Origin: the human T2T-CHM13v2.0 reference genome, Homo sapiens
DNA: 64,000 nucleotides
Strand: one strand, 5' to 3'
NCBI RefSeq assembly: GCF_009914755.1
Contig: NC_060935.1
Both the position numbers and the translations under genes were made by a program. Each line of letters begins with the position of its first letter. Positions within the stretch are counted from its first letter, which is position 1. Under the pieces are notes generated by a model, which did not search any database, was not told where the DNA came from, and saw only the letters and a list, made by a program, of their open reading frames with translations. Below, one piece after another: positions 37,534-52,705 of this stretch.

Positions 37534-38439
37534 CTGCCATTTGATCATCTCATTTCTAGAGGAGGGGCAAACACCCAGACAGTGTTGGTCAGGATGGCAG
37601 AAGAGAGTAGGTGTGGATTTGTGTGTAATCCAATCCCTCTGTAGTTCAGGGAGCCAGTTAGACTCTTCCAAATGCAGAAATGTCCCTCTGTCATTATCAC
37701 ACAACCCCCTGGTTTCCCCACCTTGCCATGGCCAAAAGGCTTTCAGAGGGAAAAGGCAGCTAAAGAGGTGGATTCTACCACCCAGCTGCCACCAAACCAG
37801 CTCATGGGCTGTTTCTCTGGACTGCCAGGAATATGGGGGGGCAGAGGCCTGCCCCTTGCTCACTTTATGTGCTTACAGAATTTAAAGTCCACCAGCGCTA
37901 AAGCCCACTCATACCTAATCTCCACCAAGGGCACTGTCTATGACAACAGAGGTCATCATAGGCTAATAGGACCTTGCCCATCAATGTTCAGTGTTCCTTG
38001 TTGGCTAACGTTCACCAGGGTGCAAATGTTGGTTGATATATAATGTTTATCATATGAATGACAGCTTCCACCAATGACCAATATCCACAAAGGGAAAATG
38101 TCTGTTGGAGGCAGTGTCTGCTGTATATCAGTGCCCAGTGTTCACTGGTAGCTAATTGCAATTATACTTGCTCTGTGCATCAATACCCAATGTCAGTCCA
38201 TAGCTCGGCTTCTAACGACAGCAAATGTCTATCCAGTTAAGTCACATGCCCTGTGTTTATTCTTCTCTTTATTTATTTAAGTACTAGTGGTTCTGTCTAC
38301 AGGGATTATTGTGTTTGTTGAGCTTGGAGGGAAATTCCCCCTGTGTTTATTCTTTAGTTCCCAAACCTATTTATTATTTTCTTTTGCATATCCATTAGAT
38401 AGTCAAAGTGTTCTGAACTGGAGGTACAAACACATTCAT

Positions 38440-38495
38440 GTTTCTTTTTGTCTCCCTTCCCTCCCTCCCTCCCTCCCTTTCTTTCTTTCTTTCTA

Positions 38496-38532
<37 letters not shown>

Positions 38533-38797
38533 TTCTTTTTTCAGGGTCTTATTCTGTCACCCAGGCTGGAGTGCAGTGGCGTGATCATAGCTCACTGTAG
38601 CCAATCTCCCATGCACAAGCAAGCCTCTTGCCTCAGCCTCCTGAGTAGCTGGGACTACAGGCATACGTCACCATGCTCAGCTAATTTTTTAATTTTTAGT
38701 AGAAAAGGTCTGGTCTTGAACTCCTGAGCTCAAGAAATCCTCCCACCTCAGCCTCCCAAAGCGTTGAGATTACATGTGCAAGCCACTGTGCCCTGCC
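38440..38797 (-). mobile_element. Alu (AluJ-like) with a (CT)n/CCCT tail
   Basis: Diverged dimer with a pyrimidine microsatellite at left. Confidence 0.85.
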
Positions 38798-38836
38798 ATG
38801 TTTCTTAATATATGCACATATGTATATGTAACACAT

Positions 38837-38902
38837 AAATAATTACATACATAATACAGGAAGACACAGAAATAATTACATACATGATACAGGAAGACAC
38901 AG
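38837..38902. repeat. 33-bp tandem duplication
   Basis: aaataattacatacat(a/g)atacaggaagacacag twice, one mismatch. Confidence 0.9.
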
Positions 38903-40084
38903 AAAAAGAGAAACTGGTCTGATACCAGAAGTATCAACTCAGGAACAATTTTCTACTAGCTGAGCCTCAGAAGCAGCAACTTTTCCAAAGTGAAGTGATG
39001 AATGGAGGCGCCAGCCCTCCTCCTCAGGTTAAGAAAGGCAAAGAGCCCTGCTTTTGGCTGTAAAAAGCCAGGTTCCCTAATCAGGTGAAGGCCTGAGGCA
39101 GGGACTCCTTAGGGCAGTGTAACTAGTAGCCAAGGCACAGGCTCCAAAGGGAGGTTGCCTGGGCTCAAGCCCGGCTCTGCCACTCACAGCTGGGTGTCCC
39201 GGGGTGAGCCTCTCAGCCCCTCGTTCAGCCTCAGTTCCACATGTGTAAATGGAGGTCTAGTAGCTACCTCACAGGGCAGTTGTTGAAAATAAGCTAATGC
39301 TCCTAAAACCCTGAGAACAGTGCTCTGTGTATGATAAGTGTTCATAGACGTCACATTATTTATTTATTTTGAAAATTCTTCTTTTAGTCAAACTTATAAG
39401 TTTTCTGTGGCTCAAAATATTCTCAACCAGGGTTTCTTTAGTGGCCATCAGCTCCCAGGGGGTGATATCATGGAAGCTGTTATGCTTAGGAATTTGTTTA
39501 AAAAGACGTCCTGCCCTGTGCCCCAGTACATTTCAACACCACCCAGCCACACAGCCGCCTTCTGGCCCAACACTCTTAAAGACACAGTGCTTAGGAAATG
39601 TCCTCATGCCCCTTTCCTGAGGCAGGTTTGCCACTGTTTCCCCAGGCCTGGCAGTCACAGATGGCAGTCACTGACCTGCTGTGATTTGAGAGATGGAGAG
39701 AAAACCTTCCACTCTTCTTATTCTCCCTAATAGCCTCAGTCTCTGCCTTCAGTTCCACATTTCCCTTTGGCGTAAGCTATGATTGTCGTCCAAGGCCCCT
39801 CCTAGATAGGCAAGGACTCATGATACCAAGAGTGTGATCAGGGGATAGAGATGAGATGTCTGGGTTGGATGCGGGAGTGGGGTATTTTCTAACTAATGGG
39901 GTGCAAGGGGTACCTGAGCATGCTCTCAAAATGTGTTATACCCTAAAAAATGTTTTTAAGGTAGTGTGTTGATATAACAGTTGTTAAGACCATGATGCTA
40001 GAGGCAAGATCGTGAGATCCATAGAGAAGGTAGTTGAAGGGTAGGGCCTTTTATTCACATATATGCTGCCTTCTCCACCAACTG

Positions 40085-40448
40085 ATGTGATATCCTTTTA
40101 TATTCGTGACTCCAGTGAACCCACGCCTCTGAGGATTTACACCCTTGTATTTGTACTCCTCTTGAGTCTGGGCTGGCCTGTGACTTTAATCAGTGCAATG
40201 CAGAAGTGGTTCAGTGCCAGTTCTAAGACTACAAAGAGAAAGAAAAGTTCAACCTTCCAATATCCCAGCAGACATCAGGCCCCAGCTGTGTCACCAGCTT
40301 CACGCCCACGAGTGACCACAACAAACCCAGCAGAACCAACCAGCGCATCCCAGCCCTGGTTGCAGAATCATGAGTAAATAAAATGGTTGCTGTTCTAAGC
40401 CATCGTGCTTTGGAGTGGTTTCTTATATGTCAGTAGATGACTGAAACA
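40085..40448 (+). mobile_element. MLT1-type MaLR LTR
   Basis: Ends with aaataaaatggttgctgttctaagcca...tttggagtggtt...tagatgactgaaaca, a typical MLT1 3' end. Confidence 0.6.
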
Positions 40449-40843
40449 ACCAAAGCCACAGCCTCCGCCTCCCCCAGCCCCATTCCCCCACTCCTCCCCA
40501 CTTGCTAACCTCCATGGAGCCCTGGGACTTGGGCAGCTGAAGGTGCAGAAAAGATGCCAAATGAAAAAGCCACCCTCCTTGACAACAACCCAGCTGAGGG
40601 GAGCAGGCAGAGAGGGGCGGTTGAAGGAAGCACGCTGCCTGGTGTTTGAAAGCATATGAGGGGCTGCCCTGAGCGCATCTCCTTACATTCTTGTCTCAAG
40701 ACCACCCAGCAGGCATGGCCCCTCCAGGTAACCTTGCACTCTCCTCCCGGACCCCTCCCCAGTCCCCAGACAAACCCACCTCTCCCTCCTGGACTCTCCA
40801 TGGGTCCCTTCTCCCCACCTGCCACTGGGATCAGGAAGAATAA

Positions 40844-41528
<685 letters not shown>

Positions 41529-43193
41529 TGAGGCCAGTCACTGTGTGGGGGCAGGTGGAAGCTGCTCAGAGGGGAGGAGGTGGAGGGGACAGACCAGCAC
41601 TCCCAGAGGACCCTGGGAAAGGTGTAGCTTTTGGGCGCTTCCCGCAGACTGTGGGCAAAGTCATACTTAGTGCAAGCTTTAAATACTCTCCCCACACACA
41701 GACACAAACACTGTCATTCCTGGACTTGCCCCACCCACCGGTAACATTCGACATCCTGCTCAGACACGTGAGGCTGGTGGGGAGGGGACAGAATGGGTGC
41801 ATGCTGGGCATGTGGGAGTGAGTCTGGATTCTAAACAGACCTCAGAAGTGACTACACAGACATCCTTTGCTAACATGTTCTAAAGAAGGGTGACCTCAAG
41901 GATAGAGGAGGAGAGGGGGAGGAATGAATGCTTCCCTGTCCTCGCACCCACCAGCCTGATTAGCTCCCACTCATCCCTCCTACCTCAGCTGCCATGCCAC
42001 CTCTTCTGGGAAGCCCTCCCTAACCACCTCCCCTCATCCTACGACAGGCAAAGTTAGACGTTCCTCCTCTGTGCCAGCCCAGTACCTGGTCTTGCCTTCA
42101 GAGTGATGCTCATCATATTTACTTTGTGTTTATTTTTCCAGCTTCCACTCATCCCCAGAGGCAGGAACTGTTCCTGCCTTGCTCCCCACAGGGTCCATAT
42201 CACCTAGGCTGGTGCCCAGCACATAGTTGGTTGTCGATTCATATCTGTAGGATTAATAAATGGGTCTGTTATATCCGTTTTACTGATGGTGAAATGAAGG
42301 ACCAGAGAGAGTAAGTGGCCTTTCCAAGGCTTCACAGCAAGCTTGTGGAAGAAACCACCAAGAAACCAGCTCTTGAGACTTCCAGCATTTGTTCCAGTTC
42401 CTCTGCAAGGGAAACCCCCATTCCCTGCTCTCTCTTTTTCCCCTCCTCACAGGCAGCAGGTATGTGCACAGACAGGCCTGGAGCTGGGCTAGGGTAGGAG
42501 TCCCCTGTGAGGCTCCACCTCTGCCTCTCCAGCTCCTTGGCCGGGACCCACTTCTGCTCCAACTCTTGCTGGCCATTAAGTCTGTGCCCCGCCTCACTCA
42601 GCCCGCCGCAGCCCCACTGCCTGTGGAGAGGTGAGTCCCACCTCTCTGAGCCTGCTCCCTTCCCCAGCCATAAGACGAATCAGCCTAGGAGATTCTGAGG
42701 CTCCTTCAGCCAGGAGGGCCTGTGATGCCCTGTGAAGACGGAAGAGGCTGGGGCCAGCTCCATGCTGCCTGCAGCGTGGCTCAAAGCACAAGCCTTCACC
42801 AAACATCAGAAAGGCCCAGAAATCTCATTTTTTCCCAAATGTTCCAGAATTTGACTTCAATGTCACATACTTTTAAAACTTCCCCGTGTGTGGGGAGAGG
42901 GTAGGGAGTCTTAGTTTTCAGTTTTTCAAAACAAGCAAATCCAGATGATCTTACTGCATAATCAGGTTTGGGCCACACTTTAAAGTTGACATGGATCTTC
43001 CATTTCATACCACACCTCATTTGCTCTGTGCAGCCTTCCTGTGAGGACAGCAGGGCAGGGCTTAGAATCAGCCCATTTCACAGTCAAGGAAAACGATGTC
43101 CAGACAGTAGGTGGCAGGGCCTGGGACTTACACTCAGAGGCCCTGTCCCAAATTATGTCTGCTTCCTGCTCTCCACAGAGTGATTTGAGTTGA

Positions 43194-43386
43194 AAGGAGA
43201 AAAAAAAGAAAGAAAAAGAAAGAAAGAAAGAAATTAAGGAAGGAGTGGGAAGGAAGGAAGGAAAGGAGAGGGAAGGGAGGGAAGGAGGGAAGGAAGGGAG
43301 GGAAGGAGGGAAGGAATGAAGGAAGGAAGGAAGGAAGGAAGGAAGGACAGAGAGAGAGAGAAGGAAGAAAAGAAAGAAGAAAAAAA
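43194..43386. repeat. Polypurine GAAA/GGAA/GGGA/GA simple repeat
   Basis: About 190 bp of almost pure purine, including (GGAA)6 at 43321-43344. Confidence 0.9.
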
Positions 43387-43877
43387 GGTTGCGTATAATA
43401 ACTTGATTGGTAGACCTGCCGGAGGAGCCTGCTTAGCCCTGGCAGGAGGCTAAGTCATTTGGTGGGAAGCCCTTTCTCTAGGGGATGGGGTGAGAGATGA
43501 CAAGAATAATAAAACTCTGAGACAAAGCCAACAGCATGCTGAGTGACTCAAAGGATTAGGGCAGCCCAGGGAGTAGGCCCCTGGGTCTCAGCGTGCAGGA
43601 TTTGTCCCCACATACACGTGAAAGCCATGTGTTTGGCAGAGACACCACAGTCCTAGCCATGGGGCATCCAGAGATGGACTAGAGCCAGCCCTGGCCCCAG
43701 TGGCTTTCCATCCCATGGGAGAGTCAGATGACTGCAATACAAGGTGGAAAGTGACTGCATAGGCAGGGCACGAGCTTGAGTTCCCATCTGACAAGAGGGG
43801 CAAACTAGGTGAAAACTTGCAAGAATGGAGTTGCGGGCGGAGTGTGTTGCACGTCTCCAACTTGTCACGGAGTTTGT

Positions 43878-43895
43878 GCCCACCAGAGGGCGCTG
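43878..43895 (+). promoter_or_regulatory. CTCF motif (forward)
   Basis: gcCCACCAGAGGGCGCTG is a near-consensus match, in a locally CpG-rich patch. Confidence 0.7.
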
Positions 43896-44157
43896 CCTTA
43901 GACACTCCCGTTCCTTTCTCCGCCCGCCCATTGCTCCCTTTCTCCCTGCCCTGTGCCGGGGCTTGTCGCTCTATACACAGGCCGGGGGTTAGAGGGGTCC
44001 CCACAAGAGGAAAGCGAAGGGCAAGCTCAGACGCAGAAGTCTGATGAGCAGCGGTTTTCAGCAGCCACCAAGGACTCCACTTTCACATCTTCCCCTCCGA
44101 TAAAAGAACTTTCAACCTGGTGTTTTATAGAATTTAAAAAATAATGTTTATTCAGCA

Positions 44158-44290
44158 GGCCGGGCCTGGTGGCTCATGCCTGTAATCCCAGAACTTCTGG
44201 AGGCTGAGATGGGAGAATTGCTTTAGTCCAGGAGTTCGAGACCAGCCCGGACAACATAGTGAGACCCTGTCTCTAAAATAAATAAATAAA
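44158..44290 (+). mobile_element. Alu monomer (FLAM-like)
   Basis: Left monomer with an (AAAT)n tail. Confidence 0.85.
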
Positions 44291-45660
44291 TATTTTTTAA
44301 AAAGTAAAATAAAATTCAATAAATAGTTTAGAGGGTCTCCTGTGTCCAGACCCAGAGACAAGTACTGGGGAAAGAGCCATGACCACAGACCACCTTGGTC
44401 CCTGCTGTCATGGAGGTGGTCATCTACGGGGAGGGCCAACAGTAAATGGGTGCCTGGGCATCTAAGTAAGTGAGGAGATGGTGAATGCTACAAAGAGGGC
44501 AAATTGGAGCACAGTAGAGGTGACGGGGGTGCCGGCAGAGGTAACGCGGTTGGGTGCTACTCTCACGTTTGAGCTGAGACTTAAAAGAAGGGAGGAAGCC
44601 AACCCTGCGGGGACCTGAGGAACCTTTTCCAAGGGAGGAAATCTCGGTGCAAAGACCTCAAGGAGTGAGTGAGCTTGGCACACTCAGGAAGGACGCGAGG
44701 CTGGCCGGGGCTTGATGGGAGAATTGAGGGCAGCGAGGCTGGCTGGATAGACCACTGTCAGTGCTGCGGATTTTACTCCAGTCACAGCAGGAAGCCAATT
44801 AGAGGCCTTTAGACAGAGGTGACACAGGCTCTGGGGACACTTTACAAAGATTGCCCTGGCTGTGAGTGCCAGAGCAGAAGCAGAGAGATCCATTAGGAAG
44901 TCCTTGCCATAAACCAGGAAGGAGATGAGAGTGACTTGATGGTAGCAGTGGAGATAGGAAGAAATGTAGGAATTTGGGTCTGTTTTAAAATAAAAATAAA
45001 ACTTGCCGATGAAATGACAGGTTATTCGGTGCCAGGCGCTGAGATGTACACTTTGTGTGTATTGACTTATTCATTCTCGCTATATATAAAGCTGTTTTAC
45101 AGAGGAGAAAATGGAAGCTCAGGGAGGTTAAGTAATTTGCCCAAGGTCCCATAGCCGATAAGTGACAGATTCTACATTTTAAAAACGAGTCTGTCGATTC
45201 CAGAGCCCACAAACAGACTGCTCAATGCAGAGAATGGGAAGCAAAAGATTAGACATACAGAATCAGAAATGGAATCCCAGAGTGCTAGTCCAACAACTTT
45301 GACGCAGGCTTCAGCCCAGACCAGAGACTTGTCTCAACTGTTTGGTTGTTCTCTTGGCCAAGGACAGCTGCCCTGGGATCCAAAAGCTCATCAGAGAAAG
45401 CTCCCAAGAGCTCAAGTCTGCATTCTTCCCCTCCTTGGGTAACCCACTCATGGTCACCCAGCCAGTTTAAATCCTGGGTCCTCTGACCTTCCTGTCCAGG
45501 CCTCCTCCCTATCCCCACAGAGCCCGCTCAGCACAGGGTAAGACCAAGAACATCACGTGGCCACTGCTCACGTCAGATGAGAGCATGGCATATTCCCCTC
45601 CTGAGTTCTTGGCTTTTTAACACGGACCTCAGAGCTTTAACTAAAAGTATTTGACTATGC

Positions 45661-46367
<707 letters not shown>

Positions 46368-46696
46368 TCAATCATTCCTACCATGTTCAAGCTGCGTCAC
46401 AGAAGCGTGGGACATGAACACTGTTTACAACCCATTTCTAACAAGCTCAGAGCCTGCTGAAAGAGTTACCAAGGTAATCAGCTGGAGCCCCCGTCACAGG
46501 GCCTGGCACACTGAGGGGTTCCTTCCTCCGCTCCCTGAGGCTGGGGTTCAGGGAGCACATCCCAGGACATGACGCCGTGTCGGTTTTGACTGGTCAGTAC
46601 TGGTGCGATGCTAGTGTCAGTCCTTTGGCTTTCTCTGCCCGCTACATGTTAGGTCTAATCCATCCCAAGTTAGGATTGGGTCATTATTTCATTGGC

Positions 46697-46714
46697 ACTC
46701 AGCAGGGGGCGCTG
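46697..46714 (+). promoter_or_regulatory. CTCF motif (forward)
   Basis: actCAGCAGGGGGCGCTG is a near-consensus match. Confidence 0.6.
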
Positions 46715-49188
46715 ATAAAACAATTTAATTCAAAGTGTAGCCAGAAATTATGGAGGAAAAGAAACTAAAAGTAACAATCATAAAATGAGTAATTCCTGTC
46801 TACCTGAATGGCATGTAATGTTTCAAAGCAACTGGATGTCCCAGATATGTTTGATCTTCACAAAAACCTAGTGAGGAAGTTGCATTGTTAACACTGTCCG
46901 CTCTCCGCTCCCTGTAAAAATGAGGACAGAGAGGAAAGGAGAACCCTGTCCCTGCTCCTTGGCCTGGTGAGAGTGGGTCACTGGGAAGACACCAGGAAGG
47001 AGGCCAGGAGGCAGGAGTGTTACTGGTAGAGGGTGTGCAGGTTCTTGGCATCTTGAACAGAGAATTGGACAAAACGCACAAAGCAAAGAAAAAGAATGAA
47101 GCAACAAAAGCAGAGATTTATTGAAAACAAAAGTACACACCACACAGGGTGGGAGTGGCCCAAGCATAGGGGTTGAAGAGCCCCATTACAGAATTTCCTG
47201 GGGTCTAAATACCCTCTAGAGGTTTCCATTGGATACTCGGTGTATGCCCTATGTAAATGGAGAGGATATTCCCTGTCATAGCTGAAGTGTTTCCATTTGA
47301 TTCACTTCTAGGAAGTCCAGCATGAATTGGCCTTAGGTTCCCTGCCTCCAGACCATATTCTCCTGCCTTATTTCTCCCCTGAGAGATGTGACCCCATAAA
47401 TCTTTATAGAAGGCAGAGGAACGGATGGTCTTTCTTCTTTAACTACTTTATGCTGGCTTAGGGCATAGTCCCTACCTATTGGGGATCATGGAACGCTAGC
47501 CCTGCTCTGTTTAGTGGAGGGAGGATAGTTCCTTGATGGCCGGGGGTGGTCTCTTCACTTGGAACTGGCTGGAACCCATGTTGCATGATCATCTGAAGCT
47601 TGATGGTCTCTGAGTAAGAGGAAATGAATTTGGTTAAAAGATTTAATGGGAACTTCAGGGGCTGGGTACCTTTGCTGTCAGGAATGTTTGTTATAGAGAT
47701 TTGCAGGAGAATAACAAAACCTGGTCTGTGATCTGTTCTAGGATCTATGTGTTTCCTTAAAGTCTTAACATGAGCGACTCCATTTTGGTTTGGTTTGGTC
47801 TGTTGGGGCCTAGTGCATGAGCTCAGTTCAAAACAATGGCCTCCCATAATTTTGTTTAAAAAAAATTACCCCTTTTTGGTCACGTTCTCACCTAGGTGAG
47901 AACGTGACCAAAACTTACGGCCTTAGCACCACTCTCAGTTACCATCATTTTGGGTTTCTAGTCTCAGAACATCATTCATAGGTTATGGTGTCCTCATGGT
48001 CACACATTTCTTTCAGCTCTTGTCATTCCAGTTGAAGAGAGACCATCTGACATTCTAGAGATGGCTGCATGCAAATATTTAAAATGTCTGAGAGAATACA
48101 GTGCACCAGGGAGACTATTATCATGACTATTGGGAGGATAATACCAAGAGTTTGGAGTATGCTCCTTACCCAGGGTCCCCATAAACCAAACCTCCTAAAA
48201 TTAAATAGATTAAAGAATGAGCTACGTAAAGAGTCTACTCACTTAACTAAGCAGGGTCTTCGTTAATCTGCTACAACTGAATCTCTATAATACCCAATGT
48301 TTTTTCCATAGGCCATGAGGGCCAGCAGCTTCACAGATACTTCTCTGTTCAGCCAATTCGATCATAACCTTCACAAGAGAACTTAAAGTCTGTTGTGTAA
48401 CTGTAGCCTTTACAGTAGAATTTGCTATAGAGCCTATCTTGAGGGATACATTTCTAATCATTGCTTATTTTACTCCAAACCATGGAAAAGGACCTAACTA
48501 ATGATGCCCTTCTAGAAGAGTGAAGGCCTCCTGACAATGTTCTCTTTAACCTATGATGTGCATTAAGAGGAGTGAACCAATGTTCTGTTTCTGACTGATT
48601 GTGAGGCAATGTATGTACCATTAAGGTTTCTCACCTACATTGGGCCTCCATCTTTTATCTATCAAAGTACAAGGTTATCCATGTATAAGACTAGCTGCAA
48701 ACTCCTTCACAAATAAAAGTATACCCCATAAGTGCACATAACAGACCCCTTTTCCACTTCTATTATTCGTAGTGGCATAGGCAAGGAAAAAAATATTCAA
48801 AGATAAGGATCTCATGATAGTTGAGAAGTCTTGATTCATGATCCTGGGAAAAGCTGTTCACATCAAGTATGCCATCTTATTCTGGGGAGAAACTTCCCTA
48901 GTTAGCTTTACCTTAAGGATTCCAATGGATATACAGTTCCAAGAATGTGGAGGGACCTTTCTCAGTTGTGAGATTATAAACCCAAAGTTCAAGGTCCCAA
49001 AATTTTGCTGTAGTGTGGATGGCAAGGACAGTCTTTCTCTGATGTTCTCAGAAGATCCAAACCATAAAAAGCTTTCTTTACCTGGTGAAAATATACCATA
49101 GCATAATAATCTACTGTTATAACATCAGCCCTCTTGCATCGGAAAGCTTTTATACGACCAGAAAACATGCATTGAAAATAACAATTGA

Positions 49189-49523
<335 letters not shown>

Positions 49524-50402
49524 TTAAATGGCCCATCAGGTGACCAAATGTACCTGAAGCTTTGATTGTTTTCCCAGAAATATGGGACCAAACATTGGTT
49601 ATAAACTATTTTAGCAATGTATAAGTCACCACACCAATATATTCAATTTGGATCATTTTATCTTTTCCATGATGAGTTGTGGAATGCAGAACTTTTAATA
49701 ATAAAACCTTGAAGGACTCAAGAAGGACAAGGTGGTCATCCTGGTTCTCCATGAGTCCATGCTTAATTAACATTAGACTTATATCCTCTTGAATACCAGT
49801 TGTTTCTTCAAATTATTTGAATAGCACTGGTAACTGATGGGTTATCATAAGTAATTTGACTTAGACCATGGAGTTCATTCAAATTGTATATCTAAACAAT
49901 TTCAGTATCAGCTGGTTTAACATGAAAATCTGACAAAATATTTTCTTAGTATTTAATTAATTTTTTGTTCTACTTGGATTAGTAGCTTTATACAAGGAAA
50001 TTTAGTTATTTCTGTGGTTTACAATCAGTTAACATAATAACCATAATTATGATTGATAGCATATACTCAGACATATTAGAATTTTGGAAATCCCATACAA
50101 TTTTGGAACATATATTAATATTTCACACACAGAATTTTTTATAAGATTTATTTTTTAAAAACCTTCCACAACTTGTTCAAACCTTTAGATTTAACTTAAC
50201 TTAAAACAATTCTTTAACACTTGGCAAAAAAAAAAAAATCCACATTCCCATGCCTTCTTATAATCTTTTACCAATAACACATTTTACTCTTCTTACACAC
50301 CTTGCATGTAAAACAGTTTCTTCAGTAGTCTTGATTACATGTTACAATGTTAACTCTTTGCAACTTTACTTTTAGTGAAAACCTTGGTAAGTTTAGGATT
50401 TT

Positions 50403-50744
<342 letters not shown>

Positions 50745-51332
50745 TAAAGTCTGACTTCTTCCAGTGTCTAACTCCACATGTCCCAGGTCTTACCTAGCTG
50801 TAAAGCAGGCAGGTTGTACAATTAAGAGTCATGGTGTCATTTTATGAAGCATTTAGGTGGCCTAATCACCTTTAAATAGTACATTTCTTGCATAAATTCT
50901 CTTTCATAAATTCTTTCATGACATACACAGACGATGTATGACATGCTTGGACTTTCTGATTTGTCCTAAACATTCCTCTTTTAAACAACCAATTATTTTA
51001 CTTTAGGACAAAAATTTACCATATAAGATCCTTTCGTATGTAAAATATCTTTTCTTTATAACCTTCTTTGCATAGCTAGGGGGCATGGCTAATTTCACAC
51101 ATCCCCAGGCCTTATCTAGAATCTAATGCTCCAAAATAAATTGAACAATTTTTAAAAGTCAAAGAAGCAGTTTATGACCTAAAGTATTTAGCAAACCTAG
51201 TATCTGACCTGCATAATTTAAGCCAAATGTTTACAATTTTTGAAGATATTTTTATTTTACCAATAATCTTTAAAACTGTCTTTGTTCCCAAAGATTACTT
51301 AAGTCACATGAACTAAATAAAAGGCATTGGAT

Positions 51333-51636
51333 GGCCGGGTGCTGTGGCTTATGCCTGTAATCCCAGCACTTTGGGAGGCTGAGGAGGGTGGATCACCTGA
51401 GGTCAGGAGTTCAAGACCAGCCTGACCAATATGGTGAAAGCTCATCTCTACTAAAAATACAAAATTAGCCAGGCGTGGTGGCTCATGCCTGTAGTCCCAG
51501 CTACTCAAGAGGCTGAGACAGGAGAATCACTTGAACCTGGGAGGCAGAGAGAGGTTGCAGTGACCGGGATCATGCCACTGCACTCCAGCCTGGCGACAGA
51601 GAGAGACTCCATCTCAAAAATAAAATAAAATTTTTA
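51333..51636 (+). mobile_element. AluS nested in the provirus
   Basis: TSD aaaaggcatt at 51319-51328 and 51637-51646. Confidence 0.9.
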
Positions 51637-51684
51637 AAAAGGCATTACACTTTCTACTTTTCTGACAAAATATTTAAGCTCTTA

Positions 51685-52705
51685 TATCAGGGGAACCCGC
51701 CCCCAGTATTTCAATGTAGGTTCTTTCTATTTTCCCTAAGTGTTGGCTGGTCTGAGAAATAAAGAGAAAGAGTACAAAGAGAGGAATTTTACAGCTGGGC
51801 CGCTGGGGGTGAATCACATATCTGTAGGACCATGATGCCCACCTGAGCCGCAAAACCAGCAAGTTTTTATTAGGGATTTCAAAAGGGGAGGGGGTGTAAG
51901 AACAGGGAGTAGGTCACAAAAATCACATGCTTCAAAGGGCACAAAGGAGAACAAAGATCACATGCTTCTGAGGAAACAGAGCAAGGACAAAATCAGGAAC
52001 TCCTGATAAGGGTCTGTGTTCGGCTGTGCACGTATTGTCTTGATAAACATCTTAAACAACAGAAAACAGAGTTTGACAGCAGAGAACTGGTCTGACCTCA
52101 AATTTACCAGGGTGGGGTTTTTTCCCAACCCTAATAAGCCTGAGGGTACTGCAGGAGACCAAGGCATATTTCAGTCCTTACTCAACCATATAAGACAGAC
52201 ACTCCCAGAGTGGCCGTTTATAGACCTCCCCCCAGGAATGTAATTCTCTTCCTGGAGTATTAGTATCAATCTTCCTTGCTAGGAAAAGAATTTAGCGATA
52301 TCTCACCTACTTGCACGTCCGTTTATAGGACTCTCTGCAAGAAGAAAAATATGGCTCTTTTTGCCCGACCCCGCAGGCAGTCAGACGTTATGGTTTTCTT
52401 CCCTTGTTTCCTAAAATCACTGTTATTCTGTTCGTTTTCAAGGTGCACTAATTTCATATTGTTCAAACACACATGTTTTACAATCAATTTGTACAGTTAA
52501 TGCAATCATCACAGTGGACCTGAGGTGATGTACATCCTCAGCTTACGAAGATAACAGGATTAAGAGATTAAAGTAAGACAAGTGTAAGAAATTATAAGAG
52601 TATTATTAGGGAAGTGATACATGTCCATGAAATCTTCACAATTTATGTTGCTCTGCCACAGCTCCAGCTGGTCCCTCCGTTCAGGGTCCCTGACTTCCCA
52701 CAACA
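51685..52705 (-). mobile_element. MER11 (MER11A-like; HERV-K11/HML-8) solo LTR nested in the provirus
   Basis: The - strand begins TGTTGTGGGAAGTCAGGGACCC and ends GGTTCCCCTGATA. 6-bp TSD CTCTTA at 51679-51684 and 52706-52711. Confidence 0.9.

Noticed and set aside
37960-38240. Stretch with recurring caatg/cagtg words
   Set aside because: No stable period or recognisable family could be established by eye. Probably a decayed repeat.
43321-43344. (GGAA)6 as an EWSR1-FLI1 response element
   Set aside because: A short run within a common purine-rich repeat, with no supporting evidence.
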